Source: Paragordius varius
Lineage: Eukaryota > Animalia > Nematomorpha
Direction: 5' to 3'
Assembly: GCA_964247055.1 (NCBI GenBank)
Contig: OZ176051.1
Location: forward strand, 13,578,001 to 13,642,000
DNA: 64,000 nucleotides
Shown here: positions 1 to 10,990 of the stretch, piece by piece
Numbering within the stretch: position 1 is the first letter of the stretch
How the letters are laid out: each line of letters starts with the position of its first letter
The notes under the pieces: model-generated
Database searches by the model: none
The model's input: only the letters and a program-made list of their open reading frames with translations
What the model was told of the DNA's origin: nothing
Position numbers and translations under genes: made by a program

Positions 1-1074
1 TTTGTCCTTGTTACGTTAAAAATATATATTACCTTGGTTGTGAATGCAAATTATTTTATTTATACTTATTAACTTTAACAACGTTTAAATCAGACAACTT
101 TACCCTTGTGAATGCAATTACCAAATTTCCTAATGTATATAAGGAATCATTGTAACACGCAGATCATATTATATTATTCAGTTTTTTGTTATACTAAATA
201 AATATATATATCCTTTTTTTTATTAGACCGATACACCCATTGGTTATAATGTTTATTGCAATGAACCCAAAAATTTTTATTTTACAATGCTTTATCGCGT
301 CCTACCAATGATTAAAAGATTGTACTTACTTATTTTTATGTTATTAATGGTTTGCCTATATTGTCTAAAAAATCGTGTATGGTTTATATCCCTTTCCATT
401 TTTAAATTTATCAGATGTAAAGTATGACGGACTGTCAGTTATCATTCATCTTGGAGAAGCATATCAGCCGAAAAATCCGTCCATAAAACTTATTTTTGTA
501 GAGAAAATTTATTGTGATTTTATGCGAAAATGGTAAATTCCTACTCTATGTCAATAACTTCGGACGCACAATCAATATCCCAGATACATATTTTATTAAA
601 ATATCTAAATAAATTATTGAATAAAGCAGAATGAGGTTTTTCAACCAAATAATTTTACCTAATATTTAAAGAAAGTCTGTAATTACTGATTTATTGGGAC
701 CTAGTTGTGAAGGATGCAAAATATGAATTTTAATTTCTATCAAACAGTATATGTAGGTAAATTAGGTTTTTGAAATTCTATTACATTAATACATCACCTT
801 AACACCTGATTTAATAATTATTGATATTTACTGTCAAAAAGTATTTTATGGTTATTTTGTAATTTGCATAAATGATTAAAATTACCATTTAGTTACCGAA
901 TTCTGTATTTAAAGTCAAAAATTTAAGATCATTTCACATTTTTTAATATTATGTAAAAAGCCCTTAAAGGCAAAACATTTCTAAATTGAAATTATCATGG
1001 AATAAATTGAATTTGAATTTACATATATATATATATTTATAGTAAATTATTTCAAATTAAATCAATTTTTATTT

Positions 1075-1135
<61 letters not shown>

Positions 1136-1189
1136 GAAAGTGTGTAAGTTTTTGGATTCCATATTATTGATAATTTATATATTGTAATG

Positions 1190-4100
1190 TTAGAGAATAG
1201 CCAATGCGTCTAATGTACACTGCGAGAAAGTTATGATGGAATTATTCAACGTTCCAAACAATGGCGACATTATGTTAATTAAGTTTTTTCGTAAAGGGCA
1301 GTTGTTGTCTTCATGATCGTGTCCTACGCCTAAACTAAAATCATAAATTTTAATTTAAAATCTGTAAATAATTTAATTAGAGTCTATATGCAAGTAAATT
1401 ATAAGTCTAGACAAAATAGACAGTATTAATTGATATTTTGATAATGATTGCCGCATGCACAGGGCGCCGAATAGGGGATTTTAATAATATACTGCTATAT
1501 ATTATACATACTGGTATATAATAGGATAATCATGATTAAGGCGCATATGATTTTAAATAAGTACCACTTTTGTGGATATTGGATAAAATGCATAATTTAC
1601 GGACAGTACACAGTGCACAAAATCGGGGGGATGTAAAAAATCAAAAAACTTTTATTCTGATAGATAAATGTATCAATGATAGTTTGCCAATTATGTGGTA
1701 ATCGTTCATATTAAAAAATCAAGAAATTTGGGCCCATTATGCCAAATATTACGTATTAACATATTTTTAAAGTCATATTCTTTTACAGCTTTTATTTGAT
1801 ATAAAGTGGACTACGTTTCGACCAGATATGGCGCAATTAGGAGGAGATTGAAAATAAACTTTTGAAATAACTGTAGGCCAAAAGCGCCATAAAAGCTACA
1901 TTTTACAGAATAAATTATAAATTTATAGTGCAAATATGAAACACTAGTTTCTAATTTATTTTATTGTCTAATCATTGTTCTTGTAATATATAATAAAGTA
2001 TATATCATAAGCCACAACTTAACTTCTATATAGATCCGCCTTATATATTGCCTAGCCAAATTTTCGTAGCTCTCCCTTGACAGAAAAAATAATTTAACAA
2101 AATTTGGATTTTAGCATTATTAATATTGAATCATTTCAAAATAATTGATAAATTAATGTATTATATAATAATTTTTTATCGGATTAGGAACCCTTGTATG
2201 AGTATTTAGGTATATATAATTACTTGTGAAGTAATTGATGAAGTATATTGCGAACTGTACCGAATCCGTGATAACCTTCAACAATATGGCCGTGAAATTC
2301 AAAAGGTAAACACTCTGCATCGCCAAAGTATGCTAATCCTAGAAAAGAAATAATTTTATAATATTTTTTACGATTGACAAATCAAAAATGATACATTAAA
2401 AAATGAATCATATGTTTTATGTTGTTACTAACTTATAATTTACCTTGAGTTTCAAAATCCATAACTGCAAAAAATCTGGTATGAAGATGTTTTCTACATA
2501 TAATGGAATTCATAAATATAATGTCGCTTTATTTCCTTTTAATCTATTTTATATTGTTGTGTATATATATATATATATATACCAGATTTGGTCCTAAGCC
2601 ATTACCAGCCGAGCGAAAACGTTAGCGAAAGGTACGCGGATTAATTTTAAGCATAAGTAATTCTGACTAAATGACACAAGGCCGCCTATTATGTATTTAC
2701 TATCAGTAAATGCCGACATTGGTGCCTTTAAAAAGATTTTCGGCACGAAATGCCTTTGTTTCGAAAGGAAATAAATATTAAAAGTCATTGTTTATAGAAA
2801 CATAAAACAGCTGAAATAATGTTTTGAATAAAATGAATACTATATAAATCTGAATCAGAGTAGGAGCTTTGGTAGACCCCAAGAGGAGGCGTGTATTCCA
2901 TAAAACCATTAGGAATCGTCTATTAGCAATAAGAAATCCAACAAACTCCTTATAGGAGTTCACAGAACTTAAATAAACGTCAAATCCAAAATTGCCGAGT
3001 ATCTTGGATCTTGTTTCAACGTTATCAAAGGCATCATTTTTCTCCGGATTAAGACGAGTGATAAGGGCTTTTTCAGATTCTAAAAATGCGTCTCACCTTG
3101 CGAAGCCGGCCTATCAACATCAAGGGCGAAACGCTTCACTTTTAGAGCGATATGTTATAAACGTTTTAAGCCCGGTGAAACCGTTAATAAATAAACAATA
3201 TACATGTAATGATTAATTTTAACCATGAATTATGGAAATAGGACCAAATGGGCCAAATGACATACAGGAATTTCGCAATGCTCCATCGCATACAGTAAAA
3301 TCATTTTAAGTCCCATTATAACGCTTTAATAGTAAATTCGTTTGCATCCGCAGTAGTCTCCTGATTTGGAGTCATCTGACTATTACCTCTTTGCATCTAT
3401 CGGTCAAACTCGCGCTTAACAGCACTTTAATATCGAAGACGTTTATTAATGGCTTGTCAAACTGTTTGTCGTAATAGACAATCAGTTTTTTTAACCGAGA
3501 AATAGACAATCAGTTTTTTTAACCGAGAAATGAGTGAAATGTGTAGAAGCAGATAAATATTATTTTTAATAAAATAAATAATTATTTTCCCATTCAAATT
3601 ACAAAATTTTTGTCAAAAAACTGGTAAAGACTTATGACTGCACCTGGTATATATTATTGATCTTTTAGTGTGCTGTTTATTGATTAACTAAAATAACCAG
3701 CGTAAAATATTTAAAAATACCCAGTTAACCATGAAAATAATTGTACGTTTGGATCATCATTTATTAGATGAATTTTTTCCTGATCGATTATAACAGACAA
3801 CTTGTTTAACAGATATTGGGCGTCAGTTGAATCTGTAAATATTTTCTAAAGACATGAATGTATAACAATATCTAATTTTACCGGATCATGTGGAATTGTG
3901 TGAATTTGTTTAATATTTAATTCAATGCGTTTTCCAATGGTTTGGAGATTAAAGTTAAGAATAAATTCTACCTATATATGGGTGAATAAAAGAAATATGT
4001 GTAAAGGCTATAAGGACAATAAATTTTAGGAAACATAATTAAATTATAATATCAACTACACCTCTTGATATAATTGTTGCACATATGACTGAATCTGATA

Positions 4101-4252
4101 ACTTATAGTTTGGTTGTTGGAAAGAGTGTGTATATTGGCTAATATCCAAGAATACATAGATTCATCAATAAATATTGTTAAATCTATGTAATAGTTTTTC
4201 GATTTTCCGAATTTCCTTTGGCAACCATCATTGTATATATAATTATTTTGAT
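1190..4252 (-). CDS. Reprolysin/ADAM(TS)-like M12B metalloprotease domain with catalytic Glu replaced by Gln (probable pseudoprotease); 5' exons not resolved
   Basis: Six GT-AG exons with consistent phases: 4252-4062, 3971-3882, 3845-3721, 2493-2444, 2338-2224, 1334-1190. The spliced translation includes YYIDLTIFIDESMY, VQLFSWLTG, GLAYFGDAEC, ILHQLLHNLGVGHDHEDNNCP, Met-turn NIMSP and TFSQCT, collinear with the ADAM/ADAMTS catalytic domain. Confidence 0.85.
2582..3647 (+). mobile_element. Degenerate mariner (DD34D, mauritiana-like) transposon inside an intron of the metalloprotease gene
   Basis: 27-bp imperfect TIRs (ccagatttggtcctaagccattaccag vs reverse complement of ctggtaaagacttatgactgcacctgg, 20/27 identical) flanked by TA. 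Frameshifted remnants of mariner motifs: KPGETVN, NAPSHT, SPDLESSDYYLF (cf. YSPDLAPSDY). Confidence 0.85.
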
Positions 4253-5196
4253 CTAATTATTGAATTTAATGTACACTAAATTATCTCACTTGATTTACTG
4301 CTTTTCTCAACATATGTGTATTTGGTTTAATATTAGCTTTCCCCTAAACAAGCAAACAAAGGTGTAGTTTAAGTATTTTACGAGCATTTTTGTTGATTTT
4401 GCCATATATATATATATAGTGTTGCCTCAGATCACTTAAAAATTATAGTTTAGTAACACTGTAAGGGTGGGTTTGATTAAGTCTTTTTAAAAATAATTTG
4501 TGGCTGCCTAGATATAGTTAGCAAAAAAATTTTATAAAAAAATTAAATAACAATACCATATATATCGTACTATTAATGGTTATCACGATTATTTTGGAAT
4601 TTATCACATATATCGTGTAATTTACAGGTCAATAAATATATTTTTAAATATGCATAGCTAACTTTATTAAATATTATAGGTAGAAATTTTTCGATTTCGG
4701 CTAATAATAATAATGCTTTTAGAATAAAAATTTATATACACAAACGTTAAAATTAAAAGGAAATTTTTTCGCTAAGAAAACTATATTTCTTAAAATTAAT
4801 TATTCATTAATAAGCTGTCTAATTAGATTTTGATACGATATGATTTACTATATTGCCAATTTGCATTCATGAGTTACACAGTTATATATGGTCGTTTTTT
4901 CTAAAAATATATTCTTTTAGTTTTTGCGTTTTGTCTATCCTTTTTTATTGTACTTTCTTTGTAATCCAGACATCCTGTAAACAATTAAAATACTTTATTC
5001 AAAAATACGTATGTGCGGAAGTTATTGTGGCAAAATATCGCTAGACTTAATAAAATCAAAGAATGTGCGGATTGCTTAAAATAAAAAAAATCATTATTTG
5101 TAATTTGTGATATTATCAACCTGCAAAAAATTAATCCAATAAAATAAATATTTAAAAAATGCGGCTTGGTCATATATTTTATTGATATAGTTATTT

Positions 5197-5201
<5 letters not shown>

Positions 5202-5265
<64 letters not shown>
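5202..5265. repeat. (TA)n microsatellite flanking the CCATTT foldback element
   Basis: Interrupted TA dinucleotide run read directly from the sequence. Confidence 0.95.
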
Positions 5266-5267
<2 letters not shown>

Positions 5268-7781
5268 ATTTCCCAGTCTAAATAAACGTTTTCCCAGTCA
5301 ATCGAAATTCCCAATCAATCGAAACGTTTTCCCAGTCAATCGAAACGCTTTCCCAGTCAATCGAAACATTTTCCCAGTCAATCGAAACGTTTTCCCAGTC
5401 AATCGAAACATTTTCCCAGTCAAAAAAAACATTTTCCCAATCAATAAAAACGTTTTTCCAGTCAATAAAAACGGTTTTATTTTTGATGATAAATATTAAA
5501 ACAAGAATATAAAAACAACTTTTAACCATTATTAGCGTAATATTAGGATATAATCTATATATTTATAAAAATGGAAAATGCTGGCTTTGTGATCTGGTAC
5601 CGGAAAACCGGTAGACCCATTCAAATCCAAACTTCGAAATATAATCATTAATGAATGCCCCGACAATAGCTTCGCCCTTTTTTTGAAATAGGCCCCCAGG
5701 TCGGGCCCATCCCGTGTGAAAAACGGTTTTTTTTGAAAACACAAGTCCACAAACATCATGTCTTTGAGACAATTTTCCGTAGAACGTGCTGGACCATTCA
5801 ATTTCAAATATGATTTTTGTTTACTTATTTTCGATTGCGCCGAACATAGTCGTCTCGCTTTTTTAATTTAGGCCCTCTTTTTACCCCCTCCCCCCCGTAA
5901 AATGCCATTTTTTTTTAAAAAAAACAAAGTCCATAAAAATAATTTTTTAAATCTATTTTTAGCCCTAGGTATGAGACCGTAAAAATTCAATATGGATTCC
6001 ACTTTTTCCCCGTTGAAAGGCAAAAATTTTAGTCAAGCGTTTCTTTGATGATAGCTGCTGAGGAAGGAGTATCAATCATATGTATAGGATGATAAAAAAT
6101 ATATGGATAATAAAACATTATTTATGCTAACTATATATTTATAAAAATGGAAAATGCCGGCTTTGTGATCTGGTACCGGAATACCGGTAGACCCATTCAA
6201 ATCCAAACTTCGAAAAAATATAATCATTAATGAATGCCCCGACAATAGCTTCGCTTTTTTATATAGGTTACCAGTTCGGGTCCACCCCGTGTGAAAAGTC
6301 CACAAAAATCGTGTCTTTGAGACAATTTTCTGGAGAACGTATTGGACCATTCATTTTCAAATATATTTCTGTTTACTTATTTTTGATCGCGCCGAACATA
6401 GTCGACTCACCTTTTTGATTTAGGCCCTCTTTTTACCCGCTTCGGTATAATGCCATTTTTTTCAAAAAAACAAAAATATTTTTTTAAATCTATGCACCGT
6501 TTTAAAATTCCTATAAAATAATATTTAAATAATGTTTCGAAATAATCCACATATGTGGATCATTTTATTGTCTCTTATTTCAAATAGCCCTAGCCTCCCC
6601 CCAGAAGTCCGAATGACTTCCTCGTGCTGCGTAGCAGCACGAGATTTACGCTAGTTTTTTATAAAAACATAATTATTGAATGACAATTTTTCCAAGTATA
6701 TTCCAGTGCACAATCGTTAGTGACTTATTCTTTAAATGTTATATTTTTGGAATTTAAGTTAAGATAATATTTTTTATTTTATCGATAGTTCGCATTAATA
6801 TTTGCGGAACGCTTTACAATAGTTTTTAAATATGTTCGGTTTGTCGATAAAAATACTGTCGGAAAAAATATCTAAACGAAAATTTTTTTTGATAAAAATG
6901 TGAAATATTTAATAAAAAGGATATTTTACTAAAACAAGGGTGTCCAACTAAATGCCTTAGCGGGCCGCATTTTAACTCAAAAAGCACACGGTTCCCAATT
7001 ACGAAATATATACGGGTACATAATTTTATAAGACTGTAAAATACAAACACAATATAACAATTTTTTTTAATTCATTACCAATTTAATAGATTCATTCATA
7101 ATAATTGCGTATGAAATATGATTGTTACTAAGATTTTGTGGGCATATTTTTGTTTGCATATGGTTTTCCAAATTTTTTGCGGCCCGTACAAAGATGCTCG
7201 GAATGCCGCCTTAGGCCCCCAACCAAATTTTAAATATTATAAAATTAGCGTAAAATTTATGTTTAAGATCCAATATAAAGTGTTAAATGACCTTTGTGAT
7301 AAAAATGTATATTTTTATAAATTTTGTTATTATATCCATAACTATAGATAATATAAATTAGCCGCATATATTAATGCGAACCATTGATATAATAAAATAT
7401 ATTATCTAAACTCAAATTCCAAAAATATAACATTTAAAGAATAAGTCATTAATGATTGTGCACTGGAATATACTTGGAAAATTTGTCATTCAATAATTGT
7501 GTTTTTAATTAATAATCATCTCCATATATTACGCTAGTAATGGTTAAAAGTTGTATTTATATTCTTGTTTTGATATTTATCATCAAAAATAAAAGCGTTT
7601 TTATTGACTGGAAAAACGTTTTTATTGATTGGGAAAATGTTTTTATTGACTGGGAAAATGTTTCGATTGATTGGGAAAATGTTTTTATTGATTGTGAAAA
7701 TGTTTCGATTGACTGGGAAAACGTTTCGATTGACTGGGAAAACGTTTCGATTTACTAACGTTTATATAGACTGGGAAATGG
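5266..7781. mobile_element. Non-autonomous foldback DNA transposon with CCATTT...AAATGG ends and 21-bp subterminal tandem arrays; left arm interrupted by a Helitron
   Basis: 5266-5553 plus 6655-6810 is the reverse complement of about 7360-7781. Arrays of ttttcccagtcaatcgaaacg-like 21-mers lie at both ends, with TA runs on both flanks. Confidence 0.85.
5554..6654 (+). mobile_element. Non-autonomous Helitron with a duplicated 5' module
   Basis: Starts TC (tctatatatttataaaaatgg) after an A. Ends with a perfect 10-bp hairpin ctcgtgctgc-gta-gcagcacgag (6621-6643) and CTAG (6651-6654) before a T, with no TSD. A second copy of the 5' module begins at about 6131. Confidence 0.9.
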
Positions 7782-10410
7782 TATATATATATAGATTAAT
7801 TACATCCTTGGAAATTTGTGATTTGAGCATAACAGTAATATTCAATATAGTGTTTGTTATATTTTATATTATTTATAAAACTGTGTATAGAATGGGCCAA
7901 ATAAGTTTTTTAGAGCTTACACAGTTAGTTAATGATATATATGAGGTTGAATGAAAAATTTCATTGTATTATGAGTTATTCGATAATGAATATTTTCAAA
8001 TATTACATGATACTACTCATTATGTCTTCTATGTGTCTTAAGGCGTTGCGGGTAATACAAAATATTTAAATGCGGTATAATGTATAAAAAAATATCAATC
8101 ACATCGTTTTAACCACCATATTGTTTTCCAAATATTTAATTATCCAAATGGCGAAAAAAATCCGATTAAAGTTAAAAATAAATTTTAGGTCTCAGATTAG
8201 TTGCTTAATAATATAAATAGTTTTTGTATATTAGATAAAGATGCTCCATTTTAGCAGGTAAGACAAAAACAAACTTTTTTATATTCTATTCAAACAATAT
8301 TGCAATTTATATATTTATGTTGGCCAATTCACATTATTTTTTATAGTACAGTAGCGTATGGGTAACAACAAATGGTTGATAAACAATTTGTCCCTATCTT
8401 ACATTATCAAATATGCTTATTAATTATGTCTCAAATTTGTTTTAAAACACATGAGACTGTATTACCTATTGGTCAAATATAAAGTGAATTGGCCATCATA
8501 ACTCTGTAACTTTATTTTACTTTTAACCTTTGTGAAAATATAACTAACAACTCAAAACATAAATGAAGTGAAAAGCTAATAAAAAAAATTATAAAAAAAT
8601 CTGATTTTTAATTATAGGTATATAATAAAAAGCATTTGACTCACATTTATTTACCGCGCAGTGATGAGATTTCTTGGCCAAATTTAGTACATCATATTTG
8701 ATATCCTATGAAGCAAATATATGGTATTTATTAGAAATTATATAAAGCACAACCTATATGTTTTAATCTATTAGTTTAAAAAGATCATAATAAAAACTTG
8801 AATCTAATATATGTAAATTCAAAATTAGGATCAATAAAATATTATGAATTAGATAGTCGATTCCTTTTTTTTAAATCGAATGATAATGTTAGGATTTTTA
8901 CAGAAGGGTGTAAAAGTCGTACTTTGCCAATTTAAATTATATGTGCAGCAAAAATTATTATTTTAACAATCAGGAATTTGCTAAGCTTTTTATAGGATGG
9001 AAATTTGACCGTATATATAAATGTTCAGACATAGTATTCACTAGTTAAATTTAACATCGTTTACTAATTTTTAGCATTTTTGCTCGAAATTTCCCATTCA
9101 TTTTGTTTCTAATTAGTTGGGGTTTATTTTTACAATTTTTACTGAATTATTTTAAATAACTTAACCCGAAGGCGTTTATCGAATACAATATCATTTATTT
9201 CGCACCGTGTACAAATTTTTATGAAAATAAAAATAAAAAATAATTTGGTCATTAATAAATTAAAATTTTAACTTTCATTTTAGGCATAAGTCATACCCAA
9301 TCCTACATGTTATTGCATCGTTTTTATTAAAATATAATAGATTAAAAGGATAAAAAATGTATAATTTATTTTATTTTTTATATACGCATAGAAAGTCTCA
9401 AACTATTGTAGTCTGCTATGCGAAAAAAATTAATGTTAAACCCGTGAAGATTGTTATGTGAAAAATTCTTATTATTTTATGACATCAAGAATTTTTTCTG
9501 CAATATGGTCTTAAATTTAAGTTTAAAACTGCGTATTGACTGATGGAATTATAAAACACTTTCTAAGGGATGTTTAACAAGTGTCCCCCAAGACCCTGCG
9601 ACTATGCTCACAAAATCTTGGCAAAATTGATATTTTATAACAATTTTTTTAAATAAGTATCCAATTGGCCAGAACTAGAAATAGTATTGCTTTCGTATTT
9701 TGAGTCTTAGGGTTCGAAATCTAATAAATTAATTATGAACGCCCATATATCTTTCAAATGCCGCCCGTAAAGTTTTTTGATCAAAAATGCGGCCCACGAA
9801 GCCATTTCTGTTGGAAATTTCCGCTTTAAATAATTTGCTGTTGACGATTTTTCCCCCTTTTTAAATCTAACTTATGATCAAAAACCCATCCTTTAAAAAG
9901 TTCTGCGGTGATAAAATTTTCACCTCAAGCATTGAATTATAAAGAATTCTTTAACTTAAGGTGTTTTAACTCAACACTGTGGTGAAAAATAACATAAGTG
10001 CTTTAATAAATAAAGTGAGTGTGAAATTTGCGGAGTGAATCTTACTTTCGATAAAAAAATGTAACTTACGTTATCGCGCGAACATGAAAACAAAATAATT
10101 TTCTTTGACTCTTGTCAGTCAAAAGTGAGTACCATTCAAGTAATTAAGAAGTATATTTTTCTTGATTATCACCATATATATATTATGTTAAATTTGTGAG
10201 TCCCTTATACATCTTTTCAACTTTCGAAACAAACTTAACATTTTTTCTACAAAAATACGGAGCTAAGGGTAAAGAGAATCATAATAGTTTATTATATATA
10301 TTTCCATTTTTAAACCCACATAAAATTTGATCAATTATTTTGATTTTAGTTAAAAATCCGATTTTCGTATTTATGCGATATTAAATTCAAATTCATAGCT
10401 TCTCTGAACC

Positions 10411-10459
<49 letters not shown>

Positions 10460-10620
10460 GGTATCATATTTATGTATAATAAAATATTTTTCTGCAAACA
10501 GCTGACTGCTTAAAATCAGTCATTTTATATGCAACGATTTCTCTATACAAAAATTGGAAATATTTACAACAAATTTTTGGGGTTAAATTTACAGAAATTA
10601 TAGCATATAAAAAATAATAC

Positions 10621-10990
10621 TTTTGGGATTAATGTTTGGCTTTTGTTCATATATGGATTATTTTTTGGCGACAATTGGTTTGACAGGTTATCGTTTTTCC
10701 AAGTATAATTATTTAGTCTACCAATGTAATCACGGTATTTCGCAAATATGATTGGGGATAATTGATTAGTATCAACATGGTAAGGTAAAACACGGCGTAA
10801 AATTTTATCTTGAATGAAATTCTTAATGTCTTTTGATTCTGTTTCACTTGCGGTAAAATTGTCATTATTTTGATAAGCAATAAATTTTTTTGTTAATTCA
10901 ATATTTTGTTCTGAAGTAAAATTCTGAATTATGGTGGTTTCCGTATGCGGATATGACATAACAAACAAGTCACATAAATGTATTACTACT
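10621..10990 (-). CDS. Probable exon of an unidentified gene
   Basis: About 125 open codons in very AT-rich DNA (ORF 10564..10968), with a GT donor after ...TLIPK at 10620. No recognisable family motif. Confidence 0.4.

Noticed and set aside
287-534. Plus-strand frames resembling a type II membrane protein start (MLYRVLPMIKRLYLLIFMLLMVC...; DVKYDGLSVII...)
   Set aside because: No in-phase continuation was found, and the minus strand here has stronger splice signals. Hydrophobic frames arise easily in AT-rich DNA.
4290-4343. Candidate upstream M12B exon followed by a 37-nt intron
   Set aside because: Its only open frame exits in phase 0, while exon 4252 needs phase 1.
5532-6418. Repeated ORFs (FVDLCFQKKPFFTR...; also 20435-20701)
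   Set aside because: They lie in non-autonomous Helitron internal sequence, differ in frame between copies and lack Rep/helicase motifs.
5278-7954. ORFs with IDWENVS-type heptad repeats, and a possible CRISPR-like array
   Set aside because: They are translations of 21-bp tandem units in transposon TIRs, present in both orientations. There are no unique spacers and the context is eukaryotic.
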